NCBI GenBank assembly: GCA_963730185.1
Contig: CAVSQW010000013.1
Location: forward strand, 96,001-160,000
Reading direction: 5' to 3'
Source of the DNA: an uncultured Gemmatimonadales bacterium
Lineage (GTDB): Bacteria > Gemmatimonadota > Gemmatimonadetes > Gemmatimonadales > GWC2-71-9
DNA length: 64,000 nucleotides
Position numbers and translations under genes: made by a program
Part shown: in pieces, positions 60,805 to 64,000 of the stretch
How the letters are laid out: each line of letters opens with the position of its first letter
How positions within the stretch are numbered: the first letter of the stretch is position 1
Notes under the pieces: model-generated
Databases searched by the model: none
Told to the model about the DNA's origin: nothing
What the model saw: only the letters and a program-made list of their open reading frames with translations

Positions 60805-62090
60805 GGTAGCTGCTCGAGAATCCCCAACGCCCGGTACGCGGCGACCCGCGCGATGGCGAGGCCCACCCGGGCCTGGATCACTTGGTCGCGCGCGGCCACC
60901 AGCCCGGTCTGCGCGTTGGTCGTTTCGATGCTCCCGGCCACGCCGGCCCGGAAGCGCTCTTCGGCCTGGTCCAGCTCCTGCTCGGCCAAGCGCCGGCGCT
61001 CGCCGGCCAGGCTCACTTGCTCGGTCGCGGTCGCCAGGTCGAGCAGCGCCTGCCGCGCGTCGGCATTGACCCGGCGTTCCAGGTCCTGGAGCTTGATCCG
61101 CTCGGCTTCGATCTTGAGACTCTGCTCCTCGATCCGGCGCTCGCGATGGAGCCCGTCGAAGATCGGAATGGCGAGGCCCAGCTGGGCGAAGTAGCTGCCC
61201 GCCAGCGTCCCGGTGGCCTGACCGCTCTCGGTGTAGTACCCGCTCGCCACCAGGCTGGGCAGTCGCTCGGCCTTGATCGCCCGCCGCGAGCCCTCGAGCA
61301 CCCCCAGCCGCTGGCGTTCGGCCGCCAGCTCCGGCCGGTGGAGGAGGGCGAACGCCACCGCCGCGTCGGGGTCCCGGGGGATCGCGTCGGCCGCGGTGTC
61401 GGGGAGGCCGGCCAGCGTCAGGGTGGTGTCGGGCGGGAGATCGAGGGCGCGGGCCAGATCGAGCCGGGTCTTCTCACGGGCGTTCCGGGCCTGGCTCAGC
61501 TGGCTCCGGATCACGGCGGCATTGACCTCGTTCCGGGTCAGGTCGATCGCCGCCGTGAGTCCCGCCTGATTGAGCTGGCGGGCCTGATCCAGGAGCCGGA
61601 TGGCGATCACGCTGTCGGCCTCGCGGGCCCGCACCGTCTCCTCGGCGCTCAGGGCGCGGAGGAACGCGATCCCGGCGGTGGTCCCGGCCAGAACGCCGGC
61701 CGTCTGGGTGTCATAGCCCGCGGCCACGACCGAGTCCTTGGCGGTCCGGAGCCGGGTGAAGGCGGCCCAGTCGAACAGGGTCTGCGACGCCCGAAGCTGG
61801 AACGAGAACAGGGAGAACGGGTCGGTCACCCCGGTGGCGAACGGGAGGCCGAACTCATCGAGGTTGAGGGTCCGGCGGTTGACGGCGCCGTCGAAGGAGA
61901 CGGTGGGCAGGAGGCTTGCCCGCCGCTCCCCCACCCGCACCTGCGCGACCCGGGCGTCGATCCGCGCCAGGCTCGCGGCCACCCCGCGCTCGCGACCCAG
62001 CGCGATTGCGCGGGTCAGGTTCAGGGTGTCGGCGGGCGCCTGAGCCGTCGGGGCCAGGGTCGCGAGGGTGAGCAGCAAGGTCAGGGTCAC
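60801..62090 (-). CDS. TolC family outer-membrane efflux protein
   Basis: Signal peptide, LLPTV, QTLFD, RPEL, LAIPIFDG, ERFRAGV; coupled to emrA (GTGA). Confidence 0.88.
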   Translation of the reverse strand: MTLTLLLTLATLAPTAQAPADTLNLTRAIALGRERGVAASLARIDARVAQVRVGERRASLLPTVSFDGAVNRRTLNLDEFGLPFATGVTDPFSLFSFQLRASQTLFDWAAFTRLRTAKDSVVAAGYDTQTAGVLAGTTAGIAFLRALSAEETVRAREADSVIAIRLLDQARQLNQAGLTAAIDLTRNEVNAAVIRSQLSQARNAREKTRLDLARALDLPPDTTLTLAGLPDTAADAIPRDPDAAVAFALLHRPELAAERQRLGVLEGSRRAIKAERLPSLVASGYYTESGQATGTLAGSYFAQLGLAIPIFDGLHRERRIEEQSLKIEAERIKLQDLERRVNADARQALLDLATATEQVSLAGERRRLAEQELDQAEERFRAGVAGSIETTNAQTGLVAARDQVIQARVGLAIARVAAYRALGILEQLP

Positions 62091-62106
62091 GAAAACGGTC
62101 CTTGGG

Positions 62107-62760
62107 TCAGGCGGCCGCGGCCGTATTGGGGCGGGCCAACCCGTTGGTGACGAAGTCGAGAATCCCGTCGAGGACCTGGTCGTCCGTCAATGCCTGCGGG
62201 TCCACGCCGGCAAAGAAGCGCTGGTGCATCGCCCCGTGAACCAGGAGCGACGAGATGGCTCGGCAGAAGAAGTCGGGATTCACCCGCCGGAACTCGCCCT
62301 GGGCGACGCCCCGCTCCAGGATGGTCCGCACCAGGCGCCGAATCGGGAGGATCACCTCGTCGAAGTAGAACCGGGCCAGGTCCGGGAAGTTGCTGATCTC
62401 CGAGTGCACCAGCCGGACGATCCGCGCCATTTCCGGGGTCCGGACCGTGTCCCACATCTTGGTCATGATGCCGATCAGCTCCCGGCGAGCCGACTCCTCC
62501 CTCGGCTCGGCACCCGCCTCGTCGGCGGCGAACGAGCGCACGACCCGGCTCCGCACCATCTCCCGGAACAGCGCCTCCTTGTTCTCGAAGTAGAGGTAGA
62601 CGGTGCCCTTGCTCACCCCGGCTCGCCGGGCCACGTCGCAGAGGTTGGCCTTGGCGAAGCCCATCTCCCCGAAAACCGAGACCGCGGCGTCGATGATCTC
62701 GTCGGGGCGGTCGTCGGGCCGGCGGTGCCAGCGAGGAGTGCGAGGGGCATGTCGGGACAC
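62107..62760 (-). CDS. TetR/AcrR family transcriptional regulator
   Basis: IIDAAVSVFGEMGF...DVARRAGVSKGTVYLYFENKEALF; GTG 62760 after GGAG. Confidence 0.92.
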   Translation of the reverse strand: MSRHAPRTPRWHRRPDDRPDEIIDAAVSVFGEMGFAKANLCDVARRAGVSKGTVYLYFENKEALFREMVRSRVVRSFAADEAGAEPREESARRELIGIMTKMWDTVRTPEMARIVRLVHSEISNFPDLARFYFDEVILPIRRLVRTILERGVAQGEFRRVNPDFFCRAISSLLVHGAMHQRFFAGVDPQALTDDQVLDGILDFVTNGLARPNTAAAA

Positions 62761-62777
62761 GGGCTGCTCCCAGTTAA

Positions 62778-62832
62778 TGACCGGGAAGTAAGATAAAGAA
62801 TCCCTGGAAGAGTACAAGTGACCAGGTAGTCA
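62778..62832 (-). promoter_or_regulatory. Promoter (TTGTAC-N16-TATCTT) with two TetR-type operators TGAC-N6-GT(C/A)A
   Basis: TGAC-CGGGAA-GTAA at 62778-62791 and TGAC-CAGGTA-GTCA at 62819-62832. Confidence 0.55.
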
Positions 62833-62845
62833 GTTGCGGAGAGTG

Positions 62846-62936
62846 ACGGTGGGGGGAGGACGGGTGGGAGCGTGGGGGATGCGGGGGGATGAGGAGAGAC
62901 GGGGTGGGGACGGGGGAGGCAGCGGGGGATCGAGGG
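62846..62936. repeat. G-rich (+) / C-rich (-) low-complexity tract with ~10-nt periodicity
   Basis: About ten G-runs of 3-6 nt; units such as CGTGGGGGAT GCGGGGGGAT GAGGAGAGAC. Confidence 0.6.
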
Positions 62937-63221
62937 TCAGACCAGGGCCCGTCTCGCCTCCTCCGGCCCGACGCCACTGACCTCGACCACTTTGCGGCGG
63001 CCCGACTCGCCCTGGACGATCCGGACGGCGGAGGTGGGGACGCTCAGTGCGTCCGCGAGGAAGCGGCGGAGGGTCTCGTTGGCGGCGCCGTCGACCGGGG
63101 GGGCGGTGATCCGGACCTTCAGCGCCTCGCCGTGGAGGCCGGCCACCTCGGTGCGCGAGGCGCGGGGTTGGACGTGGACGAGGATGCGACAGCCGGCCGG
63201 GGCCGGCGTGAAGGGCGTCAC
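62937..63221 (-). CDS. yggU: DUF167 (YggU) family protein
   Basis: VHVQPRAS, LKVRITAPPVDGAAN, GESGRRK; GTG overlaps the yggT stop. Confidence 0.9.
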   Translation of the reverse strand: MTPFTPAPAGCRILVHVQPRASRTEVAGLHGEALKVRITAPPVDGAANETLRRFLADALSVPTSAVRIVQGESGRRKVVEVSGVGPEEARRALV

Positions 63222-63799
63222 CGCAGGGCCGTGGCCAGGAGCGAGCGTCCGAGGTAGAGCAGGAGGTAGGCGACGAGCGGACTCCAATCGAACCGCCCGG
63301 CGGGTGGAAGCAGCTTCCGGATCGGCTCGATCAACCAGTCCGTGAGGGTGTAGGCGGGGCGCACCCACCGATTGTACCGGGTCAGTCCGAACCACGGCGA
63401 GAAAACACGCACGATCAGCGCGAGCATCAGGAGCCCTAAGGCCCAGTCCAGCGCGACGCGGAGCCAGACGGTGGGCGGGGAGCTGGCCAGCTGGGCCAGT
63501 CCGTATCCGAACCCGATGAGCCAGCGGGTGACGCTGATGAGAAGCAGGCCGCCGGCGACCGCGAGGCCGAGCAGCCAGAGGCTGGCGTCCTGCGGGTTGC
63601 CGCCCCGCCGGGCGAGGCGATTCTCGATCGGCCGGAGCATCCTGTCGCTCGCCGAACGGATTCCGCGGAACCAGGGGTTCTTGGCGCCGAGCCGGCCGGA
63701 CCGGGCGGCCCAGTAGGTTCCGGCGACCGTGCCCGCGAACACCACGCTCGCGAACGCAACCGCCCGAACGACCAGGTCGATCGCGCCGACGACTTCCAT
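63218..63799 (-). CDS. yggT: YggT family membrane protein (two YGGT repeats)
   Basis: SDRMLRPI and LTDWLIEPIRKLLPPAGRFDWSPL. Confidence 0.88.
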   Translation of the reverse strand: MEVVGAIDLVVRAVAFASVVFAGTVAGTYWAARSGRLGAKNPWFRGIRSASDRMLRPIENRLARRGGNPQDASLWLLGLAVAGGLLLISVTRWLIGFGYGLAQLASSPPTVWLRVALDWALGLLMLALIVRVFSPWFGLTRYNRWVRPAYTLTDWLIEPIRKLLPPAGRFDWSPLVAYLLLYLGRSLLATALR

Positions 63800-63803
63800 G
63801 CGG

Positions 63804-64000
63804 CTAGTCGCCGCTGCAGGTCACCGAGGTCGGCTCGATCCGGCCGCAGGCGATGGTCTGGTCCATCCCGCTGGCGACGGGACCGCAGGCCGTCGTTTGG
63901 GCCGCCTGGGTGGCGGCCTTGCGGTCCTGCCCCGAGGCCTTGGCGCAACGGTTGGCACCGTTGAAGGTGACGCAGACCTCGCAGGTAACCTGCTGCGAGC
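63804..64000 (-). CDS. 3' part of a small six-cysteine hypothetical protein (start beyond window)
   Basis: Manual translation SQQVTCEVCVTFNGANRCAKASGQDRKAATQAAQTTACGPVASGMDQTIACGRIEPTSVTCSGD*; GC3-rich codons; stop 4 nt before yggT. Confidence 0.75.
   Translation of the reverse strand, partial: SQQVTCEVCVTFNGANRCAKASGQDRKAATQAAQTTACGPVASGMDQTIACGRIEPTSVTCSGD

Overview
High-GC (roughly 70% by eye, not computed) bacterial chromosomal window. It is most consistent with Gemmatimonadota/Acidobacteria-like organisms, inferred from the ADOP permease/PadR expansion, many lipoproteins and a Ser/Thr kinase. About 48 real CDSs are present; most long ORFs in the supplied track are antisense or out-of-frame shadows. 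Housekeeping genes include metH, a YitJ-like homocysteine methyltransferase/MTHFR fusion, queG, ndh, dacB, an acyl-CoA dehydrogenase, a family-B DNA polymerase, a stand-alone 5'-3' exonuclease, yggT/yggU and a TetR-TolC-EmrA-EmrB efflux operon. Five full ATPase-less duplicated (ADOP-type) permeases and one decayed remnant are also present. Non-coding highlights read directly from the sequence: (i) two 50-nt SAM-II-type riboswitch aptamers (42/50 identical, with a compensatory base-pair change) in the metH and yitJ leaders, each followed by a hairpin whose loop carries the complement of the aptamer 3' strand; (ii) a shared ECF-sigma-like promoter (CAAC...GTCTA[A/G]) ahead of four envelope or secreted-protein genes; (iii) sigma70 promoters with palindromic operators for both PadR-ADOP operons and the TetR operon; (iv) intergenic heptamer-repeat elements, one forming a ~160-nt purine/pyrimidine hairpin. 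Uncharacterised gene clusters of interest: DUF305 + His/Cys-rich LVIVD beta-propeller lipoproteins, LOG + deoxyhypusine-synthase-like + spinster-like MFS, and a translationally coupled hyp-ndh-queG-VOC operon. Several single-base frameshifts in short runs look like long-read errors. No tRNA, rRNA, CRISPR array, transposase or phage gene was recognised.
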